64,000 nt of DNA, from positions 75,826,001 through 75,890,000 of the forward strand of contig NC_043002.1 in the NCBI RefSeq assembly GCF_006345805.1, written 5' to 3'. The position numbers and the translations under genes are program-made. The stretch's first letter is position 1. The number at the start of each line of letters is the position of its first letter. Below the pieces are notes generated by a model, which saw nothing but the letters and a program-made list of their open reading frames with translations, was not told the DNA's origin and searched no databases. Source of the stretch: Octopus sinensis. Its lineage: Eukaryota. This document shows positions 40,784 through 53,706 of this stretch, piece by piece.

Positions 40784-40880
40784 CTTTGTGTATATGTATT
40801 TATGATGTATATATATATCAATCTATGCATATATATAGACACTAATACATGTGTGAATGTGTGTGTGTATATATATATTT
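38020..40880. repeat. Direct tandem duplication, unit about 1.49 kb
   Basis: actaaaaataagggtgtctgagagacaccacc at 38041 and 39533 (offset 1492); colinear to about 39385 and 40880. Confidence 0.93.
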
Positions 40881-41936
40881 ATATATATATGCATACACAT
40901 CACACTCACATTCACATACACATGTGTGTAATTTAACAGCTGAAACTTTTAAATTGAATAATGTCAGATAGAGAAACATTTATTGTACAACCATAATTTA
41001 AGACAGAAATGACAAAAAGCTTGTTGATGGGAAAGTTTGTGTTGCTTTTATTCTCAAACTTGTTTTACAAATGAACACCATTTAGTGTGTGTATGTATGT
41101 ATGTACTTATCTGTGTGTACACAACCGCATACAGACATATGTACAGATGTATGTATAGGTATATGTTAGATGGCTTAATGCTTTGTGTATCGTTGATCTT
41201 GCTTGAAGTGAATATTTCTTCTGAAGGATAGTGGTAGAAATCCAAAATGATAGTTTGAAACAAATGACACAGAAGAAAAACATTTTGTTTGTGCAAAACC
41301 CAGACATACATTTGGTTTGTGTGTATGTATCTGTCTGTCTGTTTCTGTATATGTGTCTGTCTCTCTCTCTCTCTATATATATATATATGTATGTGTATGC
41401 GTGTGTGTAGTTATACTGACTTTTTTCTGTAATATAACTATACTACATGATAAAGTGCCAAATATTTTATATCTAAAATCTAGTTACTGAGGCTATTTCA
41501 CTCGGAAAATAATACAGGCCTTTGACATTAGGAAGGTCCTCCAACAGCAGAAACCATGCCAAAACAGATGGTGGAGCTTGGCATGGTCCTCTAACTTGCC
41601 AGATCCTGTCAAACCATTTGGCCCATGCCAGCATGGAAAACAGATATTTGATGATGATGACACACACATACATATGTATATATAAGGTTCTCACCAGATG
41701 GCTGTAGTTGTCCACAAGTAAGAAAGTAGTCAATGTTAAAAGCAGAGTAATCTATCATTTAGTTCATTCAGTTTCTTACATGATAGCATGTGTTTCAATA
41801 ATATTCTTGCAGCAAAACCCTAGGTTTCTTCTCTGATAAAGCTTTGCAGAAAATAACATAGCCTTGTTGTAAGAATAAAAATGAACACAGATCTTTGTGT
41901 GTTTTTGTATATAAATATATATATATATATGTACAT

Positions 41937-41997
<61 letters not shown>

Positions 41998-41999
<2 letters not shown>

Positions 42000-42300
42000 G
42001 AGGCCCAGTGGTTAGGGCAGTGGACTTGCTGTCAGAGGATCAAGGTTTCGATTCTCAGACCGGGCGTTGTGTGTGTTTATTGAACGAAAACACCTAAAGC
42101 TCCATGAGGCTCCGGCAGGTGGCGACCCCTGTTGTACTCTTTCACGCCAACTTTCTCTCACTCTTTCTTCCTGTTTCTTGAGTAATGCTGTGATGGACTG
42201 GCGTCCCGTCCAGTTGGGGGGAACACATATGCCACAGAAACCAGGAAACTGGGCCCATGAGCCTGGCTTGGCTTGAAAAGGGTGCATAAATAAAAATAAT
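41998..42300 (+). mobile_element. tRNA-derived SINE family C
   Basis: ggcccagtggttagggcag...gtttcgattc head; homologues at 55698-56012 (+) and 58140-58373 (-). Confidence 0.85.
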
Positions 42301-42328
42301 AATATATATATATATACATACACACACA

Positions 42329-42748
42329 CAGGGCTGGATTAAGACTCATAGAGGCCCTAAGCACTTACAAGACTTTGGTGCCCCCGTATTAATGTAATTC
42401 AAAGTATAAACAATAATAAACCATAAAATAAATTTTATTTTTCAAAATGAAACAAAACTAACGGTAAGATGGAAAAATATGCTTATTTTTGCTTACTTCC
42501 GCATTATTCATATTTGAAAAGTTTGCTTCTACTTTTTTTAATTGCAAAGTCTTTGATTAGATCCTCACTATGACACCATAAATTCTACAAAATTATATTT
42601 CCAATCATATAAACCACTTCGAATATTATTTTAGCAAATTTAAAGTGATTTCTTTTGTACTGTCAACCATTTACCATTTCTGTAGTGCCCTTCTTTCCCT
42701 GATGCCCCAAGCATGAGCTAATTTTGCTTAATGGTTAATCCAGTATTG
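42329..42748. mobile_element. Possible non-autonomous DNA transposon (hAT-like termini)
   Basis: cagggctggattaa ... ttaatccagtattg imperfect TIRs; TSD unclear. Confidence 0.4.
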
Positions 42749-43391
42749 TATATATGCTGCAGCATATATCCAAAAACACTATGCTCATTATTATATGTAG
42801 GAGATATATCTATAAGCTCAGTACTCAGGTTATAACCTCATCCCTATCCAAAATGTATGGTCTTGTACCAAATTTTGAAATCGTTACCAGTCAAATATTT
42901 GGATTAATTGGATTGACTAACCCATCTAACCTGGAAATTTTGGCTTTCTACATATGATAGAAATTATTATATACTGAAGTACTACCATCCCTCTACCATT
43001 GCTTGACAACTGATGTTGGTGTGTTTACATCCCTGTAACTTAGCAGTTTGATAAAAGAGACCGATACAATAAGTACTAGGCTTACAAAGAATAAGTCCCG
43101 GGGGTTGATTTGTTTGACTAAAGGTAGTGCTCCAGCATGGCCACAGTCAAAATGACTGAAGCAAGTAAAAAAAAAAAGCAATGAATATACATGTTTATGT
43201 ATACAAGTGGGTGGACATATGAAAGAAAGAAGCACTCAATACATTTAGTAGGAGTCATATTACTATTTGGACCAGTTTGATTTGGCCCCTCGAAACTTAA
43301 AACTTTGTTGACTCGTCACAGGAACCCAGCTCTGGCAGACTGATGAGCTTACAAAACTTTAGGTTGCATGGGATCAAACAAAGCTGTTTTA

Positions 43392-43423
<32 letters not shown>

Positions 43424-43832
43424 TAATTCTTTCTACTAAAGGCCAAGGCCTGAAATTTGGTGGTGGGTTTAGTTGATTACATCGACCCCAGTATGCAACT
43501 GATACTTATTTTATTCACCCCAAAAGGATGAAAGGTAAAGTCAACTTCAGTCTGTGCTGGCATGGTTTCTATGACTGGATACCCTTCCTAACACCAACTA
43601 CTCCAAGAGTGTATTGGGTGCTTTTACATGCCACTGGTACAGGTGTCATTTCTGTGACACCAGTATCTACCACAACTGCAATTTTGCTTGGCTTGATGGG
43701 TCTTCTTCTCAAGCACGATATAATACCAAATGGACTAAGTGATTACTTCTCTATAATATATATATATAATATGATTTTGCTTAGCAATACTTATAGCTTG
43801 CTGTTAGGACAGAATATACTTTTGTTTTAGAG

Positions 43833-44398
43833 CAGTGTTTCTCAACCTTTTTACCCTTGCCTAAACTTTAAAATAAATTACACATCTCAAGGAACCCCTG
43901 CACAAAAAAAATTATATACCATATCTTTCGCATATTTTTTCATTATAGCTCACATGGAAAATATCATTCATATATATATATATATATTAGAAAAAATAAG
44001 GTACTCATAAATCTGGATGGTTGTACATTTACAGATTTTTATTAATGTCACATGTTTTTATATATCATATATTAGCACTTGCATCTACTCTAGTAGATTC
44101 TTCAGATTTGAATTTTTTTGGAGAGGATTCGTCTCTTGTTATAGTATTATTGAGTGTGTAGGGGTGGAGAGAGATATAGGATAGTAATATATATATATGG
44201 TTGTTATTTTTTATAACAATAGGTTAGATAGGATGATGTCTATATTACATTATTACAACAACCAATAATATGTTGTGCATGTATAGTAATATTACAATCA
44301 TGAAATTAGCATTAGCTTATCTCACTCTTTCTCACAGAACCCCCAGGAGACTTTTGCAGAACCTTGGGGTTCTGGGGAACCCCGGTTGAGAAATGCTG
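43833..44398. mobile_element. hAT/Charlie-like MITE with internal insertion
   Basis: TIRs cagtgtttctcaacc / ggttgagaaatgctg; 8-bp TSD ttttagag (43825-43832) and ctttagag (44399-44406). Confidence 0.8.
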
Positions 44399-45043
44399 CT
44401 TTAGAGTAATGCTTTAGGTGAATACAGGGTATAATACTAATTAGTTAACGACCAAAGAACAGAAGTTATGCAATCATCTTCATTAGCTTACAGCTGTTTC
44501 TTTTTAATGATTCTGAGGAAGCTATATGGTGGTGCACAACCATTCAGCTCTGAATGCACAGCTTTTTATAGGAGAAACAGCTGTAAGCTAATGCCAGTGA
44601 TTATATAACTTCAGTTCTTTTGTCATTAATTAATATGTTTATGTGTGAGTGTATGTGTACACAGACACACACACATATGAGAATTATTGTGAAAAGACTA
44701 TGCTATGTATTTGGTGAATAACAGAGAGAGATGAAAAGAAGTATCTGAGAGTGGGGGGGATGTTGTGAAGGTGATGAGGGCGAAACAAAGAAATATAGCT
44801 ACAAAAGAGACAGCAGTAGGATGAGGTAGAAAATTTGTGTAGTGAGAGGTGAAATTGAAGATCTCAGCGAGTGCTGGTGTTGAACTTGTAAAAGAGGAAG
44901 AGAGAGTACTGTATGTAGGAGGTAAGGGGGGAACAAAGATGGAGTCATTGTTCTTTTTACTCTTTGCTTTATTGCTTATGGTTTTATGTCTTTTTTTTTT
45001 GTTAGTTTCTTCTAGCTGGTTTATATATATTTATATATACATA

Positions 45044-45287
45044 CAGGGTGGGCTGAAAGTCACCTGACAGTAAACCAAAACCATTTAATTCCAGGATTAA
45101 AACAAAAAATTATTTTATATGAAGATTCGCTAATAAATTGATAAATGTTGGGTGGGGGGGGGGGAATACACTGATTTTCAGTCACACCATTCAATTAAAC
45201 ATTCATAATTGGAATGTATAAATAAAATTGAATATTAAGTATTTATGGAATTTTGATTTACTGTTGGGTGACTTTTGGCCAACCCTG
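45044..45287. mobile_element. Tc1/mariner-like MITE
   Basis: TA on both sides; about 31-bp imperfect TIRs cagggtgggctgaaagtcacctgacagtaaa / tttactgttgggtgacttttggccaaccctg. Confidence 0.8.
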
Positions 45288-45309
45288 TATGTGTGTGTAT
45301 ATATATATA

Positions 45310-45409
45310 NNNNNNNNNNNNNNNNNNNNNNNNNNNNNNNNNNNNNNNNNNNNNNNNNNNNNNNNNNNNNNNNNNNNNNNNNNNNNNNNNNNNNNNNNNN
45401 NNNNNNNNN
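45310..45409. other. Assembly gap (100 N)
   Basis: Run of exactly 100 N, typical of an unsized scaffold join. Confidence 0.99.
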
Positions 45410-46330
45410 GTGTGTGTGGGGGGGGGGATTACTAACACACACACACGACGAGCTTCTTTCAGTTTCCGTCTACCAAATTCACTCACAAGTCTTTGGTCGG
45501 CCCTAGGCTATAGTTGAAGACACTATATATATATATAATATTATTCTATATTATATGTGTTTGTGTGTTGTGTGTGCGGGTTGTGTGTGTGTGTGTGTAT
45601 GTATGATATATATATATATTATTATATATATATAAATATATATATTATATATATTTATATATATGTGTATATCGATAGATAGATATACACCCATACATGC
45701 TTGTACGTGCGCGTGTATGTGCCTCTGTGTGATGTTGCGCTTGTGTATTGATTAAGTTATTCAGCTCATGGTCCTGAGGTCGTAAGGTCCTGGATCACGC
45801 GGACTATTTTGTCTTTGACCAAGGCGCTTCATTTCACGTTGCTTCAATCGGCTTCAAGAATGATTACTATCCGGGTATTGTTGCATTTACCACTCGTCAC
45901 CCCATCTTTCGTATCCTTGATGTTCTGCACGTGAAGGATGAGGGAGGTGTTTTGACTCATGTGTATGCCAACTCGCGACTACATAGGCACCGTAAACAAC
46001 TAGTGAAAATATGGTATGTGTTATTAAGCCTTAGTCGCTCGCGAGTGACGGCTGGCGGTCAGCTTTCGTTTATGTTATTTATGACTGTTTATGTGTGCTT
46101 ATGAAAATCATTGAAGGAATGAGTGCGAGTACATGTATAAGTGTAAATGTATGTGTGTAAATGTGTGAAGATTATAGCGAAAAACTATGTGTATCGGTAA
46201 GAATTTGAGAAAAACTAGCTGGAAGACAGAGGCAGTGGACAGCGAAGATGGAGGACGGAATGTCGGGAGCGACAGTGAAGGGAGATAAATCAATAGAAGA
46301 GGAGAATGAGATCAATAAGGGAAGAAAATA

Positions 46331-46378
<48 letters not shown>

Positions 46379-46675
46379 TATATATATAAAGAAAGGGTGA
46401 AAGTTGGAAAGGAAAAAGAAAAATTAAAGAAACAGAAAGAAAGAAGGCTATTGTAAACCAATATGTTAGAAAGAATTGAGGTAAGGCAGAAAGATAGATT
46501 CATTTTACAATGTTCAATATATTTCTAATGTTACCCGAGAGATTTCGAAAGGGATTATTTCTGATTCCTGAAGAAATATATGATATAGATATATATATAT
46601 ATATATATATATATACTATATACATTACATACATACATACATACATACATCATACATACATACATACATACATAT

Positions 46676-46706
<31 letters not shown>

Positions 46707-47556
46707 CATATATATTTATATGTGTGTGTATACATATGTATGTATATGTATGTGTGTATATATATCAATATATATAGATAGATGCATAAACATACATGTA
46801 TATCTATTTATATAGGTATATGTGGATATATATATATATATATATATGTAATATATATGCATATATACACGCTATATAAATATAGAAAGATCGTGTAAAA
46901 GAAGAAAGAATGAAAGAAAGAAAGAAAGAATAAAGAAAGAATAAGAAAGGAAAAAGAAAGCACGAAAGAAAGAAAGAAAGAAAGAACGAAAGAAAGAAAG
47001 AAAGAAAGTACGAAAGAAAAAAAGAAAGAAAGAAGAAAAGCAGGAAGGAAAGGAATAGAGAAAGTGTGGGTGTAGTTGTGGAGTGTGTTAGACAAATGGC
47101 TTTCCAGAAATTAGATTAATTTTTTTCTCATTTTTATCTTTTTGGAAGTGGGAAACTTATGAAGAAGAGATAGTAGAATGTAATTTCTGGAGCTAATCTA
47201 GTATAAAGTAAGTTAAAAGCGTCCATGTTGTTTGCTGCCGATGATATGGATAAAGGGGTGAAAGGTTGAAATTACGGAGAGGCAGGAGTGATTTTTGATT
47301 TTAAATTTGAATCGTTTCTTTTATTTTCAATATTTTCGGGATGTTATTATCATGACTATCATCATCGGCATCATCGTGGATATCATCACCGTCAGCAGCA
47401 TCGTGTTTGTGGTCGTGGTCGTAGTCATCGACGTCTGTTCTTTATCCTCCTCCTCATCATCATCAGCATTGATATTCTCCTTATCATCCTACTGCTCCTC
47501 CTACTCGTCCTCCTCCTCTTCCTCCTCCTCCTCCTCCTCCTCCTACTCACCACCAG

Positions 47557-47853
47557 CTTACGATCGTGAGGTTGTGAGCTCGAATCCCGGAACGGGCTGC
47601 GTGTTGTGTTCTTGAGCAAGACACTTTTTTTCACGTTGCTCCAGTTCACTCAGCTGTAGAAATGAGTTGCGACGTCACAAGTGCCAAGCTGTATCGGCAT
47701 TTGCCTTTCATAACACTGGTGGCGTGGAGAGGGGAGGCCGGTATGCATAGGCGACTGCTGGTCTTCCATAACACAACCTCGCCCTGACTTGTGCCTGGGA
47801 GGGTAACTTTCTAGATGCAGTCCCATGGTCTGTGTCGTGACCGAAGGGAGTCT
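47557..47853 (+). mobile_element. SINE family D variant
   Basis: cgatcgtgaggttgtgagctcgaatccc...cttgagcaagacactt; inverted homologue at 49388-49719. Confidence 0.78.
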
Positions 47854-47896
47854 CATATATCACCTGTCTTCGTCTTTTGTATTTTTCGTAAACTTT

Positions 47897-47938
<42 letters not shown>

Positions 47939-48617
47939 GTGTGTGTGTATATGTTTGTATGTCTGTGTTTGTCCCCCAAAAAAACTTGACAACCGATGCT
48001 GGTGTGTTTGCGTCCCCGTAACTTAGCGGTTCGGCAAAAGAGTAAAAGAGTACCATCATCACCATTGACGTTACCCTCCACTTGAACATCAATTCTTTTT
48101 TACTGCTGTTGCTCTATTTGTTGCTGTTGTTGGTGGCGGTGGTGGTAGTGTTGCTGATGTTGCTGCTATTGGTCTTGCTGCTATGGTCTTGCTCAGTTCA
48201 CAATTTTCATTCTTTTTTCAGTTTACTGTTTGTCAATCAACTTTCACTGGTTATAAATTGTATTTAGTTGTGTATAACAAATCTGATCAATCATATAAGT
48301 AATAATAATAGTACGACAATGGCGGTTTGATTCAGTAACGGCGGCAATAGCTACACAAGTGAAAGCATTATATCGCATGTGCTCAGCAGAATAGATTTCT
48401 ATATGCTTCGCACACATACACGCACATACTCCCACGGGAGTCTTTCAAGTTAAATCTTTAATCTGCTTTCTGATACAATATGGGGCTCCTATTATAACAA
48501 CCACTTCATAAGGATTCTCAAACCCGCCATATTTGAAATGTCCGACATGATATGTTTGATGTAAAACTTATTTCAGTCATTATGATTGCATTTTTATTAA
48601 TATTTCTGATATAAGAG

Positions 48618-48903
48618 TTTTGCGAGAAAATTGAAGATGGCTGCTGGGGATTAGTGGGGGAGTTCAATCTGCAAAACTCTGGCTGGGCTTAGAATTATTG
48701 GTGCACCAAAGAACAGAGTCATAAGTTCCATTACTGAAGCTGTTTTAATATTTCTGTTATAAGCCTGGGCTAGCAAGCATTTTGCGTGGCAATTGAAGGA
48801 GACTGCCGGGGGTTCGTGAGAGAGTTCAATCTTCAAAACTCTGGCTGGATTTAGAATTACTGGTGAAGCAAAGAGGAAGACTATAAGTTCCATTGCTGAA
48901 GCT
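48618..48903. repeat. Diverged two-copy tandem repeat, period 162 nt
   Basis: ttttgcg...aattgaag...gagttcaatct.caaaactctggctgg...ataagttccatt.ctgaagct at 48618 and 48780. Confidence 0.8.
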
Positions 48904-49009
48904 ACCGAGGATTAAGAAAGCAGATTGTTGCTTTGCTGCGACTGGAATGCAAGCTGAGATTTGATTAATGCCGATGAGGTCAAGTTGTCAAATGTTGAAA
49001 ATCCCGAGA

Positions 49010-49376
49010 AGGAGTGGCTGTGTGGTAAATAGGTTGCTTACGAACCACATGGTTCCGGGTTCAGTCCCACTGCGTGGCACCTTGGGCGAGTGTCTTCTAC
49101 TAAAGCCTTGTGAGTGGATTTGGGAGACGGAAACTGAAAGAAGCTCGTCGTATATATGTATATGCATATATGTGTGTATGTTTGTGTGTCTGTGTTTGTC
49201 CCTCCAACATCGCTTGACAACCGATACTGGTGTGTTTACTTACTCGTAACTTGGCGGTTCGGCAAAAAAGGACCGATAGAATAAGTCCTGGGGTCGATTT
49301 GTTCGACTAAAGGCGGTGCTCCAGTATGGCCACAGTCACATGACTGAAACAAGTAAAAGAGTAAAAGAGTAAAAAG
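49010..49376 (+). mobile_element. SINE family A
   Basis: Homologue with internal deletions; CpGs retained. Confidence 0.85.
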
Positions 49377-49387
49377 TATATATAGGA

Positions 49388-49719
49388 AACCCATTTCGGT
49401 CATAACTGACCATAGGATTGCCCCTAGATAGTTGCCCTCCGAGGCACAAGTCCGGGCAAGGTTGTTTATGGAAGGCCAGCAGTGTCGCCCATGCATACCA
49501 GCTTCCCCTCTCCACACCACTGATGTTATCTAAGCGAAAGGCAATTGCCGGTACGGCTTGGCACCAGTAATGTCGCAACTCATTTTCACAGCTCAGTTAA
49601 CTGGAGCAACGTGAAATAAACTCTCTTGCTCAAGACTACAACACGCAGCCAGATCCGGGAATCGAACTCGTAGCATCACGATCGTAAGCTCGATGCTCTA
49701 ACCACTGAGCCATGCGCCT
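49388..49719 (-). mobile_element. SINE family D variant, full length
   Basis: Ends ctctaaccactgagccatgcgcc, the reverse complement of the tRNA-like head. Confidence 0.8.
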
Positions 49720-49771
49720 TTACTATATATATATATATATATATATACGTGTGTGTGTGCGTGTGTGTATG

Positions 49772-49805
<34 letters not shown>

Positions 49806-50129
49806 TGTATGTATGTATGTATATATGTATGTATGTGCGCGTCCGCGCGCGTCTGTGCGAAGGCGCATGCCTAAGTGTTTATGCGTGTCGCACTCATGGT
49901 CGTGAGATCGTGGTTTCGATTCCCAGTCCTGTTGCTCGTTGTGGTCTTGAGCAAGACACTTCATTTCATATTGTTCTAGTTCACTCAGCTGCAAATGAGT
50001 AACCTTCCGACAGACTAGTGTTGCGATGATGGGTAATGTTGGCCTGCTCACCTAAGCTAAAGCAATGCGAAGCACATCGTGACCAACGATGTATAACAAC
50101 ATCAGTTAGTCTCATCTATTTTGGCTATA

Positions 50130-50289
50130 GGCGCAGGCGTGACTGTGTTAAGTTGCTTGCTTCCCAACCTCATGGTTCCGGGTTCAGTCCCATTGCGTAG
50201 CACCTTGGGCAAGTGTCTTCTACTATAGCCTCGGGCCGACCAAAGCCTTGTGAGTGAATTTGGTAAGAGGAAACTGAAAGAAGCCCGTC

Positions 50290-50347
<58 letters not shown>

Positions 50348-50845
50348 TATATATATCAAGAACAAAACGCAGAGTAGATGAAACCATGGCGACTGAAGAA
50401 GGGAAATTTTCCTTGTGTTATTTGTCCTGTACTCTATTTTTTTGTTAAGAAAAATGTCCAGTTCCTTGGTTTTGTGTTTATGTTTTCGTTTCTCATTGTG
50501 TTCGACGTTTCTTTGGTGTCCTATACCCATATATGCGTGTATATATACATGTAGAGGTAGGTACGTACATATATGTATGTATATATGCATATGTTTTATT
50601 TATTTATTAATTTATTATATATATATATATATATACACGTATATGTTTGTGTGTCTTTATTTGTCCTCCCACCATTGCTTGACAATCGATATTGGTGTGT
50701 TTACGTCCCCGTCACTTAGTGGTACAGCAAAAGACTGATGGAATAAGTACTGGCTTACAAAGAATAAGTCCTAGGATCGATTTGTTCGGCTAAAGCGGTG
50801 CTCCAGTATGCCTGCAGTCAAATGGCTGAAACAAGTAAAAAAAGA
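50130..50845 (+). mobile_element. SINE family A with a ~200-bp insert in its internal (TA)n
   Basis: Head 50130-50290, foreign segment 50357-50560, tail 50645-50845. Confidence 0.8.
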
Positions 50846-52059
50846 TATGTATGTGTGTATGTACATTTGTGTTCCCTGTCTCGGTAATTGAAAAGTTCGG
50901 TAAAAGGGGCCGATAGAATAAATATCAGACTCAAAAATAAGCACTAAGGGCGGGGAGGGTGGTGCAATTGTTTGACTACCTCCGCCTCCTGCCCCAGCAT
51001 AGGTGCAATCTAGAGACGAAGCAAGGGAGAAAATAGTGAAAAGAGGCAACACAAAATAAATACATGAATAAATGAAATAAAAGAAGTACACGAAATATCG
51101 TTTGTATCTGTTTGTGAAACCTCGCTGAGGTAGAATTTTTTGATCTTTTATCCTTCCAGGGCCGATAAAATAAAATGCCCGCAAAGTAATGGCGTCTATT
51201 AAGCACACATAAAAAGGCAAGAATTGTAGTCTTGTGCCAATCATAAAAATTATTATGATTACTTTAATTCTTATTTTCCCTCCATAAATTTCTCTATGGA
51301 GATTTATGAAGGGGTTAATTGACGTATGTTGTTATTTGAGTACAAAGAGATTAAGTTAATTAATTAGTCCAGTACACAAGTTTCTAAACTGAATGCTTTC
51401 AATTTGGTTGGTGAAACCGTCTATTAGTTTATGAAATTATTATTTGTTATTATTTGCTTTTGTTTGTTTCCTTTTATTGTTTATATTTTTATGAAATTCT
51501 TTCACGCCATCCGATATGAACTCTCCTCCTCTTCTCGCGCCGAACCTACTCCATAATCTCAGAGTGACCTAGACCCAACTATATTTCCTTACACCATGTA
51601 GATATTTGCATATACAAATACGTAAATAAATGTATACATTTCATAAATTCGTACACATGTGCATGGATACAGATATACACATTTACACACATATTTTTAT
51701 GTGTCTATGTTGAGATATGAACATAACTGAAACCATTTATAGTTAATTACACCCACTTACAAACAAACATTTACGCTCACACAAGAAACCCATTCAAGCT
51801 TACTGATACATACATACGTACATGCATACATTTTGAAACAGGTGTTTATATGTATGTGTGTGTGTGCGTGTGTGTATGTCTGTGTGCTTATATGTATGTA
51901 AATATATATATATATATATATATTCGTATTTCATGTTATTTACGTTTTATGACGTCCTGTACCCTTATATATGCATATGTATATACGTAAAGATATATAC
52001 TCTTTTACTCTATTACCTGTTTCAGCCTTGCGGCTGTGCTCATGCTGGAGCACCACCAT

Positions 52060-52800
52060 GGTCTTTCTGACTTCCTCAGTCTGGGTGTTTCACATCGCCA
52101 CTCCTGTATGTGTCTTTTCCCAGCTGTTGGTACATTTGGTGTATAATTGAGTTTGATTCCGCTGTCCTCGTCTGTACCTCATGTCGGTCTATTGGTTCAT
52201 CCGGTATTGTGGAGAGGAGAATGTCTAATTCCTTTTTTAAGACATCTACTTTCACCTTATGCAAATTTCGCATTGGAAAAACTGTGGGCCTTTGAAACCT
52301 AGATTATTGCAATACCTGGCCCTGAATTCAGATGGTGTGGACAGTATCTTTGGTACAATACAATACATGCCGGTTCTGGCATCTGTATAACACTCAATGC
52401 CAAAGTTAGGTACTAGGATTTTCCATATGTATATTATTGCGTATCTGTCTCGCCGTCGCTCCAAGGAGTAGAGCTGTAGTTTTCTCAGCCTATCCTTATA
52501 GCTCATCCATTGCAGTTTCAACCTTTTTATTGTAGTGGCGTTGGTCTACTTCAAGCTCTGCTGTTAGTTTGGCAGTGTGTGGTGACCATAACTGGGAAAA
52601 TTAGTCCAGGCGTCTGAGAACAAAGGTTCTCCACAAGGTCAACATAATTTGTTGGTCTCTTGTCTTGAAGGATCACAGTATCCATCCTGCCAGTTGTCTG
52701 CACTTTTGCTGTCATCTTGCTTATGTGCATATGAAATGATGCGTCGTTGCACTTACTGATCCCCCTGTCTTTCACTGCCTATGACTCTGGGATTGTAGTG
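52060..52800 (-). mobile_element. Degenerate 3' end of a CR1/L2-group LINE ORF2
   Basis: Frameshifted minus-strand ORFs encode SYKDRLRKLQLYSLERRRDRYAIIYIWKIL and VDVLKKELDILLSTIPDEP...AESNSI, motifs typical of the post-RT C-terminal region of CR1-type elements. Confidence 0.8.
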
Positions 52801-53257
52801 TCTTCGGGTCCGCCGAGGTCAGTTTTGAATTTTTTCCCTCTGGAGTTTATCAAATCAAGAAAAGTCAAGTGCCTAGGTCGACAGTGTCAACTAAGCCCCG
52901 CCCCTTAAAAATGTTAGCCTTATATCTCAATTAGAAAGTTAGAATATATAGATGAGTTTGAAGGTACGCTTGTATATACATACATACTTACATATATATA
53001 TATATATATATTTGTTAACTTAATCGCTTTAACAAAGGGGTGTGGGTTCGACCCCATGCGGATAGGAAAGCCTGCTTTTTTCTGTCGAGAGCTTATATGC
53101 CCCTTTATTAGACTCTTTTCCTTAGCCGTTGCATGGTTACCACCATAAGCTTTAAGATTATATAAAAATACCATTATTATCATTTACAGGATTGTAAATT
53201 ACGGTGGTGTATAAAAAGCCATTTGCACCGAAATATATATATATATATATATATATC

Positions 53258-53457
53258 TTTTATTTCATTTCCTTGTTTCAGTCATTTGACTGTAGCCATG
53301 CTGGAGCACTGCTTTTAGTCGAACAAATTGACCCTAGAGCTTATTCTTTCGGTCTCTTTTGTCGAACAGCTATGTTACGGGGACGTAAGCACGCCAACAT
53401 CGGTAATCAAGCGATAGTGGTAAAGGGCAAACACAGACACACAAATACACACACACA

Positions 53458-53501
<44 letters not shown>

Positions 53502-53706
53502 ACACACACACACACACACACAAATATATATGTATATACGACGGGCTTCTTTCAGTTTCCGTCTATCAAATCCACTCACAAGTTTTGGTTGACCCGAGGC
53601 TATAGAAGAAGACACTAGACCAAGGTGCCAGTCAACGCAGTGGGGCTGAACGCGGAACCATGTGGTTGGGAAGCAAGTTTCTTACCACACAACCACTCAT
53701 GTGCCT
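53258..53706 (-). mobile_element. SINE family A
   Basis: Reverse-orientation homologue with internal (CA)n. Confidence 0.85.

Noticed and set aside
50392-50420. CTGAAGA followed by a hairpin in the insert within SINE A
   Set aside because: No GAAA-like element follows the stem, so hammerhead topology is incomplete
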